A stretch of 39,187 nt of DNA from a virus. Below the pieces are notes generated by a model that was not told the origin of the DNA, did not search any database, and saw nothing but the letters and a program-made list of their open reading frames with translations. Location of the stretch: the UHGV virus genome UHGV-0864147. One strand, 5' to 3'. The translations under genes and the position numbers were made by a program. Positions 24,579 through 35,185 of this stretch are shown one piece after another. Position 1 is the stretch's first letter. Each line of letters starts with the position of its first letter.

Positions 24579-26381
24579 TTAACCTCTCAAGAAACACGCC
24601 ACAGCGACATCAAACAGGCTGGAATCCTGTATTGCCTGCTCACTTTCCATGTTCGCTTCATCCAGTACTTCACGCGCACTGCGCGATTGTGGATTACCAT
24701 CATCATCCAGCACGGTGATTATCATGTCAGGTGATTCAAGCAGCGAGTCTTCAGCTATGCGCAGATCAATATCTCCTGCCGGATCTGCCATCATCTTTTG
24801 TTCTGCCTGTTGCAATATCTTACCGGGCTCAAAAGGAGCTACTTCGTCTGGCGTCCTGACCTCTGCTGTTTTATAGAATGAAACAGCCTGAGCATTAAGT
24901 TCACTTTCAGCCTGCTGTCTCCGTGCCAGTTCTGCTCGAGCTTCAAAAAACTGACCGCCAGGCTCATGCGGTGCCAACACGTTACGGGAAAATTCCAGGC
25001 GTTCTTGTGCCTGCCGGATTCGTTGGTCAATATCGCGAAGTCTGGCCTGTTTATCTGATCGAGCACGAGATAAAGCCTTACCGCTACCGGTTGGCTCTTC
25101 TGCAAGAATTTGTGCGCGCTGTTCAGTGAGATTTTCAATAATTCGTTGGCTATTAGCGATTTCAGACTGGTAAACCTGTCTATCGCCACGCGACAAAAGC
25201 TGCGCGGCCTGTTCTTCAAGCAACCGATTTTCTATAGCGCGCGCCGTTACTCCATCATCTACAGATGACAGAGCCTCATTAACTGCCTGAGACAGCAGAC
25301 TCTTGCGCCCAGGAATTTCACTGAAAGATGCAGACTCAACAATGCTGGCAACGTCTACAGGTCTCCCCTGGCTAACATCAGACATGGCTTTTCGCAGAGC
25401 CTGAATGTGCGAATTACGCGAAAGCACGTTGATCGGAACGCCGGGAGCAATATCAATTTCAGCATGATGAGCGGCATTCGCCGCCAGTGCAGCATCAATA
25501 TCAACTGGTGAAAAATTTGGTGCGCTTGTAGACTCGCCGCGAGAGTTAATAAATCTGCCGACACCACCAAACGCCACCCCAAGAACAGCATCAATAGCAA
25601 TTGCCTGTCGATCCAACACATCATACTGGTTAGCCATTTCGCTATAGCCACCATCACGAAGCGTTTTTGCAGTAAGCCCACGCTGTGCCATACCGAACGC
25701 AATATTTGTACCTGCGGCATAGGCAATATCTGGCGTTGCACGTACTGCTGTTGCTGCGGCGCGTCGCACTGAACTTTCACCCGTCCGCGCAAGCTGAGCC
25801 GCCACACCTTCCGCCAGCGCACCACCAGCACGTAACCCGAGGCTCATAGGGATCAGTGTTCCGGCACCAGCAGTAATACCCTGCACTAATCCCGCTTCCT
25901 GCGCCGTCCTGAAATCAACACCCTGTGCTGTCAGCCGTTCAAACTCAGAAAAACCCTGTAGAGAAGTTACCGCCGCAGCACCTCCGACCGGACCACCGAG
26001 CGTTGTACCGACAACAGCCTGCCCGCCCATATCGAACAACCCATAAAGGACCTGCCCGGCTGTTCCGGTTGTCGCGGCATCAGGCGTCAGCCGCTTAACC
26101 TGCTGCTCTGCTAGTTTTCTCTGCTCAGCAATGTATGAAACTGAAGTGTCATTGAGCGAGGTGTTTTCGTTAACAAGCTGAGCAATCGGGGATACGATTT
26201 TATCCATCCCTGCCCATAGCAACTGATCTGGCTTTGCCACCAGCCCGGAGTACAAACCAGACAATGCCGCTCCTACAGCATTGTCGAAAAAACCAACATC
26301 GCTGTTAAAGCCAGCTGGATTTGATGCTGCTTCGTCAAGCTGCTGATTCTGGTTTACTGGATTAAGGCCAAAGTAACTCAT
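24579..26381 (-). CDS. virion protein (Ala/Gly-rich, internal protein candidate)
   Basis: 600 aa in structural operon, coupled to neighbours. Confidence 0.5.
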   Translation of the reverse strand: MSYFGLNPVNQNQQLDEAASNPAGFNSDVGFFDNAVGAALSGLYSGLVAKPDQLLWAGMDKIVSPIAQLVNENTSLNDTSVSYIAEQRKLAEQQVKRLTPDAATTGTAGQVLYGLFDMGGQAVVGTTLGGPVGGAAAVTSLQGFSEFERLTAQGVDFRTAQEAGLVQGITAGAGTLIPMSLGLRAGGALAEGVAAQLARTGESSVRRAAATAVRATPDIAYAAGTNIAFGMAQRGLTAKTLRDGGYSEMANQYDVLDRQAIAIDAVLGVAFGGVGRFINSRGESTSAPNFSPVDIDAALAANAAHHAEIDIAPGVPINVLSRNSHIQALRKAMSDVSQGRPVDVASIVESASFSEIPGRKSLLSQAVNEALSSVDDGVTARAIENRLLEEQAAQLLSRGDRQVYQSEIANSQRIIENLTEQRAQILAEEPTGSGKALSRARSDKQARLRDIDQRIRQAQERLEFSRNVLAPHEPGGQFFEARAELARRQQAESELNAQAVSFYKTAEVRTPDEVAPFEPGKILQQAEQKMMADPAGDIDLRIAEDSLLESPDMIITVLDDDGNPQSRSAREVLDEANMESEQAIQDSSLFDVAVACFLRG

Positions 26382-28891
26382 TGCGGAATATCTCCGGAGA
26401 ATCTCTGACGCTTCTGTGTCAGATCAAGAACAACAGGAGAACCATCATCTTTCAGCAGATAACCAGTACCAAGTTTCACCAGGTACTGACTATCGCCGTA
26501 ACTTTGCAAACCATACTGACCAGGCGGTGTTTTTATCCCGGTGCCGACAACTTGTTCATTCCAAGCCTGATTAACCTGCTTATCGAATTGCTCTGCAGAC
26601 ATTCCCCACGGCAAAAGAACATTCCCCATTCCGTTATAGTCATGCACGCCACCTGTAGCTACGTTAACAGCCTGTTTCCAGATATCATTGTCAATTTCGC
26701 CTGATACCACGCCTTTTTTCGCCATCACACCAGCGTAATAGTCCTTTGCGATCTCGTATGCCATTGATGCCCCCTGAGCATCACCAGCAAATGCATCCTT
26801 CACCATGTCAGAAAACTCAAGGCGAAGATCAGCATCTTTAGGCATCGGAATACCTTTCGCGTCATCAGTACCTTTACGAGCCGCCGCGCCAGCAAGAATT
26901 GTCTGCGCAGCGGTTTCAGGAGACACGGAAACATCCGGATTAAACCAGTTTTTTTCTGCCAAAATACCACCAGGCTTGTCCATCAGTATCCCGGCAACGG
27001 CAGCAGATGGAGCGTTGGCACTGATCTGCTGTAGTGCTGACATATACACCTGCCCACCACCAGTGCTCTGCCTGATGGTATCGAGATATGCTGCCTGTTG
27101 GGAAACGGGCGCATCACGAAAGAAAACACCGATCTGATTGGCCTCGTCTTTGGAAAAGAACGTCAGTGGAGTGCCATATGACTTAGCAAGGTCACTGACC
27201 TGAGCAGCACGCAAGGCAACGCTCTGTCCAAAGTTATCCTTATTGCTCATGTCGATAGGCTTTGCCTGTCCGGCGGCAAGAGAGAACTGTACAGGATCAG
27301 CCTGTCTCTGCTTTATCACCTGACTTGCAGCCGACACAACGTTGTCATAAAGAGCGGCTCGTGCCGCATAACCCTCCCCTGTCTCACCAGTATCCGGGCG
27401 TAATTGCTCAACATATGCTGTAATGCTGCTTGTCGGCATGTTGCGGAAAGAGCCTATATACTGTCCGGCGATTTGCGTATTTCTGAACTCGGTATATCGC
27501 AGGTTTCCTTCTCTGACTCCATAAGCTGCAATAAAATCAGCCTCACCAGGTGGGTTAGGAAATTCAACGCCACGCATATACGCAGCTGTCGCATCGCGAA
27601 CCTGGCTGTCAATCATCGTTTTATATTCAGCCTGCTGCTGCCGACGCAGTTGATCCGCCTGTCGCATAAAACTTGCCTGCGCCTCAGGAGATGCCGCATC
27701 GAATGCTGCATTACCGGTATAGCGTTTGGTGTTGGTTGGAATTGTTGATAAACCAAGTGCTGCACTGACACCAGCAGTTAACTGCTGATCACTGTATGGC
27801 TGGCTACCGTTCTCATGATGGATAATGGCTGCACAAAGCGCCTTCAGGGTATCAGGATTAGATGCATCGAGAGGCTCATCAGCAGAAACGCCAAGTTGTT
27901 CGCACACTGCTTTGATATACGACATAGTGTCATTTTTATCAGTAGGCGGTGCCCAGCGATTAATTATCTCGCTGACGGTATCAATACCCTGCCTCTGATA
28001 CGACATCAGGTTCCGCCCTAATGCACGAATCCCGTGTTCAGGTGTTTCGAATTTAGCAAATCGACCATCATCACCGGTCTGGCCTACCCACGGATTGGTT
28101 TTGCTGTATTCGAGATTTCCTGGGTTATTGTTGCGTATGCCACGGGCACGCTCGGAAGAATCACTATCTGCTACAGCACGGCGAGCTCCAGCAGCAGTAT
28201 CACTTAACTCGCCATTACTTTGGATGAATGCGGTCGCATTGTTTGCCGACCACTGGGACAATGCTGCATCAGCAACCTTCTCTTTAAACTCGATTTTCTT
28301 GGCCTGGATTTGCTCGTCGCTCCAGCCATGCGCAATGCCGTAATCCTCAATTTGCTGGAAAGTTTGCTTATTAGCCAATACGTATGCGGCGTTGTCGCCA
28401 TACAATGCTGCGGCATTTTTACCATTGTTCAGCAGCGTCGCCTGAAACTGGCCTTCTTCGTAGGCATTTATTTGCCATATCTCGTGCCGCCCGGCCTGCG
28501 TAGTGAACTGAATGCGCTGCTGCTGCGCCTGCTGCATGAAAGCATTACGAGCCTGTTCATCCGGCAGCGACATAGCCAGTTGCTCGACCTGGGCATCAAA
28601 CTGCTGCGTATACTCCTGACCTTTTCCAATAGCATTTTTCCCTTTCAGGTTAAGCAAACCTGTTTCAGGGTTATTCAGCAGATCGCTGCTTATCTGACTG
28701 AGGTTAAGGGATGCCTCCTGTGCCAGAGCGATATTGGCACGCTGTTTTGCCTGACCAAAAACATCAATTGCCTCTGTCCCTGCCCGAACAAAAGCATCAC
28801 CAATACCTTGCTGAGAAAACGTCTGCAAGCCTGCTGACTGAACTCCACGACTCTCAACCTGACGTCCGGATACTGTTGGTACGACTGGCAT
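26378..28891 (-). CDS. large virion protein (internal/ejection protein candidate)
   Basis: Start ATG 28889-28891 overlapping upstream stop; about 837 aa. Confidence 0.5.
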   Translation of the reverse strand: MPVVPTVSGRQVESRGVQSAGLQTFSQQGIGDAFVRAGTEAIDVFGQAKQRANIALAQEASLNLSQISSDLLNNPETGLLNLKGKNAIGKGQEYTQQFDAQVEQLAMSLPDEQARNAFMQQAQQQRIQFTTQAGRHEIWQINAYEEGQFQATLLNNGKNAAALYGDNAAYVLANKQTFQQIEDYGIAHGWSDEQIQAKKIEFKEKVADAALSQWSANNATAFIQSNGELSDTAAGARRAVADSDSSERARGIRNNNPGNLEYSKTNPWVGQTGDDGRFAKFETPEHGIRALGRNLMSYQRQGIDTVSEIINRWAPPTDKNDTMSYIKAVCEQLGVSADEPLDASNPDTLKALCAAIIHHENGSQPYSDQQLTAGVSAALGLSTIPTNTKRYTGNAAFDAASPEAQASFMRQADQLRRQQQAEYKTMIDSQVRDATAAYMRGVEFPNPPGEADFIAAYGVREGNLRYTEFRNTQIAGQYIGSFRNMPTSSITAYVEQLRPDTGETGEGYAARAALYDNVVSAASQVIKQRQADPVQFSLAAGQAKPIDMSNKDNFGQSVALRAAQVSDLAKSYGTPLTFFSKDEANQIGVFFRDAPVSQQAAYLDTIRQSTGGGQVYMSALQQISANAPSAAVAGILMDKPGGILAEKNWFNPDVSVSPETAAQTILAGAAARKGTDDAKGIPMPKDADLRLEFSDMVKDAFAGDAQGASMAYEIAKDYYAGVMAKKGVVSGEIDNDIWKQAVNVATGGVHDYNGMGNVLLPWGMSAEQFDKQVNQAWNEQVVGTGIKTPPGQYGLQSYGDSQYLVKLGTGYLLKDDGSPVVLDLTQKRQRFSGDIPQ

Positions 28892-29436
28892 TATAATCCT
28901 CCGGGTAATCTGGTTCCTGCTGCTGCCCCGATTGGCGCAGGAGTGCTTTGAGTAAACGGACTCCACGTCCCACCAAACATCTGGTACGCACCGTATGCCT
29001 TCAGAGGCGCAGTGAGCAATGTTGTTGCTGCTCCCACATTCCCCTGTTTACGGGCTGAACTGGCTTCTGCTTTATAGTTGGCAGCCTGAACCTGATAACC
29101 GTAAGCCTCGCGTTGCGCGTTATTCACCGTCGTCAGCGAATCAAGAGTACCAAACTGGGCAGTGTCGCCAAATATATCCAGCGCGTTACCTGTAGATAAA
29201 TCAGCGCCGGTAGCCCCCATTGTCGCCGCCTGTGTACCAAGCCGCTGTCGGGTCTCTCTGCGCCGTTGCTCAGCTTCAGCGTTACCTCTGTTTATTGCAT
29301 CATTTGCCTGAGCTGTGGCTATATCTGCGTTCGCTTCTGCAACCTTCGAGGCATACTTTCCCTGTTGGTACTGGGTGTATGCCTGAATGCCACTCATGGC
29401 GAGCATTGCGCCACCAGCAATAACCGGATCGCACAT
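28891..29436 (-). CDS. virion protein
   Basis: 181 aa, Ala/Gln-rich, in structural operon. Confidence 0.45.
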   Translation of the reverse strand: MCDPVIAGGAMLAMSGIQAYTQYQQGKYASKVAEANADIATAQANDAINRGNAEAEQRRRETRQRLGTQAATMGATGADLSTGNALDIFGDTAQFGTLDSLTTVNNAQREAYGYQVQAANYKAEASSARKQGNVGAATTLLTAPLKAYGAYQMFGGTWSPFTQSTPAPIGAAAGTRLPGGL

Positions 29437-29900
29437 TATTTTCTCTCCATGTGAAATCTGTGGAAATTAAGACCAAGAGCACCATAAGGCGCGGCTTCTT
29501 CAAGCCTGAATCCAAGCCAGTGCAGCCATGCTTTGGCAACATGGTTTCGCTCGTCGACATAGTTTTCCAGGCGCGGATAAACTGCCAGCATCTGCTGCAA
29601 TACAGGGCGGCAGTGGCGAAGAAATGTCTTCTGATATTTTTCGATACGGCTGGTTCCGACCAGCCATGGCGTACCATTGCCACCGATCATTGACGCCGGA
29701 GATACGCCAAACATGGTTACCAGTTCTCCGTTCGCGAACCCTGACCAGGCCATAGTCGCAGTGCGAAGACCAACACGCAGCGCATCTTCGGTAGTCATCA
29801 GCGATACCGCATACAGTTCGTCAATATCAGCCTGACGAACATCCGGCAAAATCATCTGAAGATGCTCTTTGGTGGCGGGAATAATTCGAACATCGATCAT
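29436..29900 (-). CDS. virion-module protein
   Basis: 154 aa, ATGA coupling both sides. Confidence 0.45.
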   Translation of the reverse strand: MIDVRIIPATKEHLQMILPDVRQADIDELYAVSLMTTEDALRVGLRTATMAWSGFANGELVTMFGVSPASMIGGNGTPWLVGTSRIEKYQKTFLRHCRPVLQQMLAVYPRLENYVDERNHVAKAWLHWLGFRLEEAAPYGALGLNFHRFHMERK

Positions 29901-32371
29901 CAGAATCCCCCAACAGTAAGACGAGGAATAACGGCAAGAACAGACAGCGGCAACGGATCGAGCTGACGAATTTTTACACGTCCGTTTTTGCCCCAGTTAC
30001 TGTCCAGTTTCACTTCTACTTTTCCGGTAGCGTCATCAACAGGATCATCGTAGAACTCGAATTCACGCTGTGGATATTCGTACCATTTACCGCCGGGCGT
30101 AGTCGCCCAGATGCCGCGACTGGCATTCACAACAAGAGTAACGGACGGGATCACCTGTTTTTTGTCCAGCAGCGTTTCCTGTCCGTTAATGTTGATATCC
30201 AGTGTTTCGAATTCAGCAGTTATTGGCAGGCCGATGTGCACAACAGCCCCAGGTGATTCCAGCGTGACGGCACCTCCGGAAACCACTTTCTGTGGTTCCA
30301 CGTTCGCATCAGAGAGAATGTTTACGGTCTGGCCTTCAAGATGAGACAGGCCTCCAAATGTCCGGCGCGCCATCTGCCAGTTCGTGGTAGCCACATTCCT
30401 GAGGGATGGCGGGACGTTCCTGTTAGCACGAACCACTACAGCGGTATTGCTGGTTACAGAAATGATGTCGCAACGTAATTCTTTTGACACTTCATCGCCA
30501 GTATCAGGATCAGTTCCGGTATAAGGGAACTGTAGTTGAGCACCGACATCACTACTGGTGAAGTACGCACCACCAGAAACACTGATTGTATATTCCGCGC
30601 GGTAATCCCATTCGCCAGAACCACCAGTGATGATCATCGTTCTGTCAGACGTATTTCTTCCATCATAGCTAAGGCCAGAATCAACAAAGAAAGCATCTTC
30701 ATCGCTGGTAAATAAACGGCTGGACAGTCGCTCGATGTATCTCACTGTTTGCCCGTTAACGGTTCGGTTAACGACGAAATACACCGCATCTTCATTGCCT
30801 TCGCTGATACTGCATGTGCTTTCATATTTTCCGGTACTGGATTGTGGTGCCCATGCAAAAACCTGCTGATCACGCAAATAGGTCATCACCAGTAATTTAC
30901 CGTCATCACGAATGCAGAATGCGCTGGAGTAAGGAACAATCGAGAAGCACCAGTCAACAATGCTGTGCTTCTGAAAAAGATGATTGGCAAGGATGGTCAG
31001 GTCGTTCCCCTGATAGCCGTCAACATCGAATGAGTAGGCCAGATCACGGACAACACTGCCTTTCTCTTGGACGAACAGAGCAATATTCGCTACGGCAATT
31101 GGTGGGACATTACTCGAGCCATTTGATCCCTGAGAGCTGAATGCAAATGATGATGGGGTTAACACTTTGTTCTGGTCGCCGGTGATGACGTACTCACCTC
31201 CGGAAGTCAGCGCCACCAGAGAACCAACATCAATCAGGTGACGGATCTCATTAACCTGATGCCCGGCATAGGTGTAGATAATTCTGTCGTCATCCTGCGT
31301 AGGATTGCTTTTGCCAAAATCCTTATAATCCCCGGTACGGCTGGCCCAGATAGTCTGAGGGAACGCAGTCGATGCGGCGAAGTAAAGACGTTGTTGATAA
31401 TAAACAACAGTGCCAGGATAACCATTAACACTGTTCCAGGCATATTTAGCCCATTTATAGCTGGCATTATCCTCGCCCACGACCTGCGAAGGGATATAGG
31501 AAATCACCTCGGCAGTTGCAGTAGTTCCATTTGCAGCAGTGATACGGGCAATGCCAAAACCACTGTGCAGATATTCCCACTCAATGCCAGTATCATCATC
31601 ACCGGATCCGCCCCAGCCATCCCATGATGTGCCTTCTGTATGCGAAGGGCGCAAAGTACCTGTTTTGCCTGCTGTAACGGCGCGATAGTAGTTACTGTCT
31701 GCACGGCGAATATCGCCAATCGACGTACTCTTACTGGTTTCCCATACCGGCACAGAATCCACTGCAGGCTGTTCCAGATAGAACAATTTGCCTGCCTGCT
31801 CCGCGCCAAAAATAGAGGCGCTTGCCGTTAACGTAATTGTCCCGGTGCTGGCGCTGGCATAAACCGTCACTGACTCATCAATATTGATATCTTCAAATGG
31901 CCCGTTCTTCGTTACCACATCAACCAGTTGCCAGTTGTCATGCGCATAGCGGCGCAGCTCTTTCGGCGGGTATGCCGGGTGAACCAGCGTAAGCACGTCG
32001 GCGCTTTGCGTGAATTTAATTCGGAACAGATCGGCTTCAGTATATGGCGTGGCAATTTCATAAATAACATTGCTGCTGTTCAGCACCAACGCACCATCTT
32101 TGATAACGCGCATGTACTGGTGTCCGAACTCCAGAGCATAGGTCTGAACCGTCGAGAACTGGAACGGGATCAGGCGGCATTTCCGATTTGGGTATTTGGC
32201 GGCACCGACAAAACGCGTACCAGGTCGATTCTCAACGCCGCCATACTGCCGCACGATAAAGTTATCGCACTTGCGCAATGCCACCTGGTACTTCGCCATG
32301 TCGATACGACCGTACAACGACGGTCCAATCTCACCACCGGCAAAGCTGGGCTGGATCCAACTGATAGCCAT
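29900..32371 (-). CDS. large tail/virion structural protein
   Basis: 823 aa; position and size comparable to podovirus tail tube protein. Confidence 0.5.
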   Translation of the reverse strand: MAISWIQPSFAGGEIGPSLYGRIDMAKYQVALRKCDNFIVRQYGGVENRPGTRFVGAAKYPNRKCRLIPFQFSTVQTYALEFGHQYMRVIKDGALVLNSSNVIYEIATPYTEADLFRIKFTQSADVLTLVHPAYPPKELRRYAHDNWQLVDVVTKNGPFEDINIDESVTVYASASTGTITLTASASIFGAEQAGKLFYLEQPAVDSVPVWETSKSTSIGDIRRADSNYYRAVTAGKTGTLRPSHTEGTSWDGWGGSGDDDTGIEWEYLHSGFGIARITAANGTTATAEVISYIPSQVVGEDNASYKWAKYAWNSVNGYPGTVVYYQQRLYFAASTAFPQTIWASRTGDYKDFGKSNPTQDDDRIIYTYAGHQVNEIRHLIDVGSLVALTSGGEYVITGDQNKVLTPSSFAFSSQGSNGSSNVPPIAVANIALFVQEKGSVVRDLAYSFDVDGYQGNDLTILANHLFQKHSIVDWCFSIVPYSSAFCIRDDGKLLVMTYLRDQQVFAWAPQSSTGKYESTCSISEGNEDAVYFVVNRTVNGQTVRYIERLSSRLFTSDEDAFFVDSGLSYDGRNTSDRTMIITGGSGEWDYRAEYTISVSGGAYFTSSDVGAQLQFPYTGTDPDTGDEVSKELRCDIISVTSNTAVVVRANRNVPPSLRNVATTNWQMARRTFGGLSHLEGQTVNILSDANVEPQKVVSGGAVTLESPGAVVHIGLPITAEFETLDININGQETLLDKKQVIPSVTLVVNASRGIWATTPGGKWYEYPQREFEFYDDPVDDATGKVEVKLDSNWGKNGRVKIRQLDPLPLSVLAVIPRLTVGGF

Positions 32372-32979
32372 CAGGACAACCTCGCAATGGTAAACTCGTC
32401 AACCGGTGGCTGTGGTTCCTGTGATTCATTCTGGCTATGCGAGCCAGCACTAAGAATCACGCGATTGTACATATTGAGGGCAAACGTACCGAGGTCTGCA
32501 TTCCCAGTCAGCGCCATGTTAATAGCTGCCGCAAGACGCCAGGCCAACGCCTCCATAAAAATGGCATCAAACATGTTCACATCTGAAACGCGAGAGACAT
32601 ACTTGAGCCATGCCTGAGGCTGGTCTGTGTAGATCAACTTTCCTGTTCCGTTGGTGTCTGCACCAACTTCGTACTGAACGCGCATTGATGCTGTTGGATT
32701 GCGTACACCAGGAAGCATAATTTCAGTAATGCGCAGACAATCTGACGGGTACTGGTACGCATATTCCCAGTCAGGCGGTGGATTGCTCGTATCTGCAAGC
32801 GCCACGCGTTTGGTAGCAAAGTTCCAGTCAAAATCAGAAAGCACAGCATCACGGCAGGCCTCAAAGTGCAGCGAACATTCCCCCGCTTCCTTGCTGGCTT
32901 CCGTCAGGCTGTTAATGCTGCGGCTGTTGCCAATATTGGACAGCGCACGATTGCAGATCTCTACTACAGAGGCCATCAC
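32371..32979 (-). CDS. structural protein
   Basis: 202 aa in structural operon. Confidence 0.45.
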   Translation of the reverse strand: MMASVVEICNRALSNIGNSRSINSLTEASKEAGECSLHFEACRDAVLSDFDWNFATKRVALADTSNPPPDWEYAYQYPSDCLRITEIMLPGVRNPTASMRVQYEVGADTNGTGKLIYTDQPQAWLKYVSRVSDVNMFDAIFMEALAWRLAAAINMALTGNADLGTFALNMYNRVILSAGSHSQNESQEPQPPVDEFTIARLS

Positions 32980-33305
32980 TCACCTCCGTTACCGTACAGA
33001 GTTTCAGCCGCTGATTTTTCTACATCCCCGGAAACAGGAGCGATCGCCATATCAGTGATCTGCAGATCGGCGCTGCGATTAACGCCATCGTCAGTTTCTC
33101 TGGCAGACAGGCCTCGAATAACAGCCTTTGCAGTTATCATCACTTCTGTTCCGACGCCCTGAGGTTGCGCCTTCAGCTTATTCAATGTGTCGTTATTCAG
33201 CGTGATGCACAGCCCCCACGGGTATTCATCGCGAGTTCTGGTTTCTCCGCTCTCATCCTGGTAGCTGTCAGTGCCGGTTTTGAGGTTTACGAGTTCCATA
33301 TACAC
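32976..33305 (-). CDS. structural-module protein
   Basis: 109 aa. Confidence 0.4.
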   Translation of the reverse strand: MYMELVNLKTGTDSYQDESGETRTRDEYPWGLCITLNNDTLNKLKAQPQGVGTEVMITAKAVIRGLSARETDDGVNRSADLQITDMAIAPVSGDVEKSAAETLYGNGGE

Positions 33306-33349
33306 TCCTGCAATAAAGGGGCCGAAGCCCCTTGTCTCATCCGCGAGGC

Positions 33350-33694
33350 TTACACGCCCAGTTCTTTACGCTTATCTGCGATCTTCTCGCGGAGCGTTTC
33401 TGCTTTGGCGTTATGGTGTGGCTTCTCGTTAAAGAGCAATTCGTACTCTTCACGGAGCTTATCCAGTTCACCATCATCTGACACATCGTTGATGATTTTG
33501 GTGCTGGTTGCTGCCATAGACACCTTTCCTGCTACCTTTGCTTTTGCCTGTCTGGCTGCATCGTTAACAGGTTCCAGTGCGCTACCAGGCTCACCTTCGT
33601 ATTCGATTTCTGCCCCCTCCTGCCACAGTGTGTTATGGATATGAGAGAGGCGCAGAACGCGGTATCTTGGTTTCTCACCTGACATCGATATCAC
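33350..33694 (-). CDS. structural-module protein
   Basis: 114 aa. Confidence 0.4.
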   Translation of the reverse strand: MISMSGEKPRYRVLRLSHIHNTLWQEGAEIEYEGEPGSALEPVNDAARQAKAKVAGKVSMAATSTKIINDVSDDGELDKLREEYELLFNEKPHHNAKAETLREKIADKRKELGV

Positions 33695-33695
33695 C

Positions 33696-34133
33696 TTAAC
33701 CAGTTACTTTTGAGCGGATCGGGTACGGTGTATTGGCATCAACATCCAGACTGATACCCGCAGTGAATTTGCCGGCCGTTAGTGGGCCAGTTGCGACGGA
33801 GTAGTTAACACGCAGATATCGCTGAACACCGGCAGGCACCTTTGCAGAAACAACTCGTTTACCTGCTTTCAGGGTAGCCTTTGCCAGTTCGCCACTATCA
33901 TAAATAGTGGACCATGAGCTGTTATTCTCACTCGTCTGCAACTGGATGTTTACAGTTGCCTCACCACTTGCCGTGGCGGCTTCGTTAACCAGCGCCCAAA
34001 ACTCAAGCGGGTAACCCACGCCGATATCGCGACGATTTCCATCAATTGGACCGAGATCGATTACGTCAGTAGAAGCCGCGGTATTCGTAACCGCCTGAGC
34101 TTCGGAGAACATCAACAGTTTGTCGGTGATCAT
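33696..34133 (-). CDS. capsid-associated protein (decoration candidate)
   Basis: 145 aa immediately after major capsid gene. Confidence 0.4.
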   Translation of the reverse strand: MITDKLLMFSEAQAVTNTAASTDVIDLGPIDGNRRDIGVGYPLEFWALVNEAATASGEATVNIQLQTSENNSSWSTIYDSGELAKATLKAGKRVVSAKVPAGVQRYLRVNYSVATGPLTAGKFTAGISLDVDANTPYPIRSKVTG

Positions 34134-34184
34134 CTTCTTTCTCCATTAGTGGGTCTGTTACGACCAACAGGTTAATAACAGGCG

Positions 34185-35177
34185 TTACACCACGCGGGCT
34201 TCTGTTTCCAGAAGCGCATCAGTTTCACGGATTGGTACACCACGGAATGAAGTCCACCACTCGCCTTCAGTCTCTTTTACGCTGATAGCCAGAGATGTTT
34301 TCTCCAGAGACTGCAGATCAAGAGCCTGGCCTACAGTGCGGTTCATGTAGAACACCGGGCGTCCCATGCCACGGTTTGGAATGCGATGCAGTGCTTTAAC
34401 CATCAACTTCGCAATATTTGCGGCAGAGGAAGGTTCTGAAAGATTGCTGACATCGATGTTTGCAATGCGAACAACATAACGCCAGTCACGCAGAGCAAGT
34501 CCGTTGTCCCATTTGTAATGGGTACGGTAGCCTTCGTACTTGCCGCCATTAACATCTTCCAGTGTCACCTGGCCTTTATCTTCCATCTGGATGCCAGCCT
34601 TCTGCCCTTTCGGGAAGATGCCATGCACGGTGTTTTCGCCCCACACCACTAACCAGATTGAGGTGTTATCTGTACCCGTGCCACCAGCATCAATGATGTT
34701 CTGAGCATTACCCGCAGACAGGCTGGAATAGCGGGAGGACAGTCCCATAAACTGCTGAGGGTTAACGCTGGAATCACCATAAAACAACGTCTGCGCCATC
34801 TGCTGATTCATCGCTTCAATAAATGCGCGGTCTTCAGACAGGCGGAATTCGGCGGTATTACCGTTCAGATCAGCCAGTGACTTATCGACTTCAGCATAGG
34901 TTTCCAGCATTCCAACGGAATCGGTGACCTGCACTGTGGTTGATTTGCTTGGCTGTACGCCATAGTTCAGCAAACGCCAGGTGGCCGAAGGTAAACCAGA
35001 ACGAATGGTGGTTCGGTGTCCGGTAGGAAGGTTCCCTTCGACAAAAGGCATATCCTGAAGGATCGGGTTAGTTTGACCGAGAAGCTCGATAATCTTATCG
35101 ACTTTCCCGTTTGGATCGACGCGCTTACCCCAGTCAGCCAGCGTTAGCGCAGTTAAGCCTTTAACAGACATTGTCAT
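34185..35177 (-). CDS. major capsid protein
   Basis: 330 aa directly after scaffold gene; size and position typical. Confidence 0.7.
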   Translation of the reverse strand: MTMSVKGLTALTLADWGKRVDPNGKVDKIIELLGQTNPILQDMPFVEGNLPTGHRTTIRSGLPSATWRLLNYGVQPSKSTTVQVTDSVGMLETYAEVDKSLADLNGNTAEFRLSEDRAFIEAMNQQMAQTLFYGDSSVNPQQFMGLSSRYSSLSAGNAQNIIDAGGTGTDNTSIWLVVWGENTVHGIFPKGQKAGIQMEDKGQVTLEDVNGGKYEGYRTHYKWDNGLALRDWRYVVRIANIDVSNLSEPSSAANIAKLMVKALHRIPNRGMGRPVFYMNRTVGQALDLQSLEKTSLAISVKETEGEWWTSFRGVPIRETDALLETEARVV

Positions 35178-35185
35178 TTCCTCTC

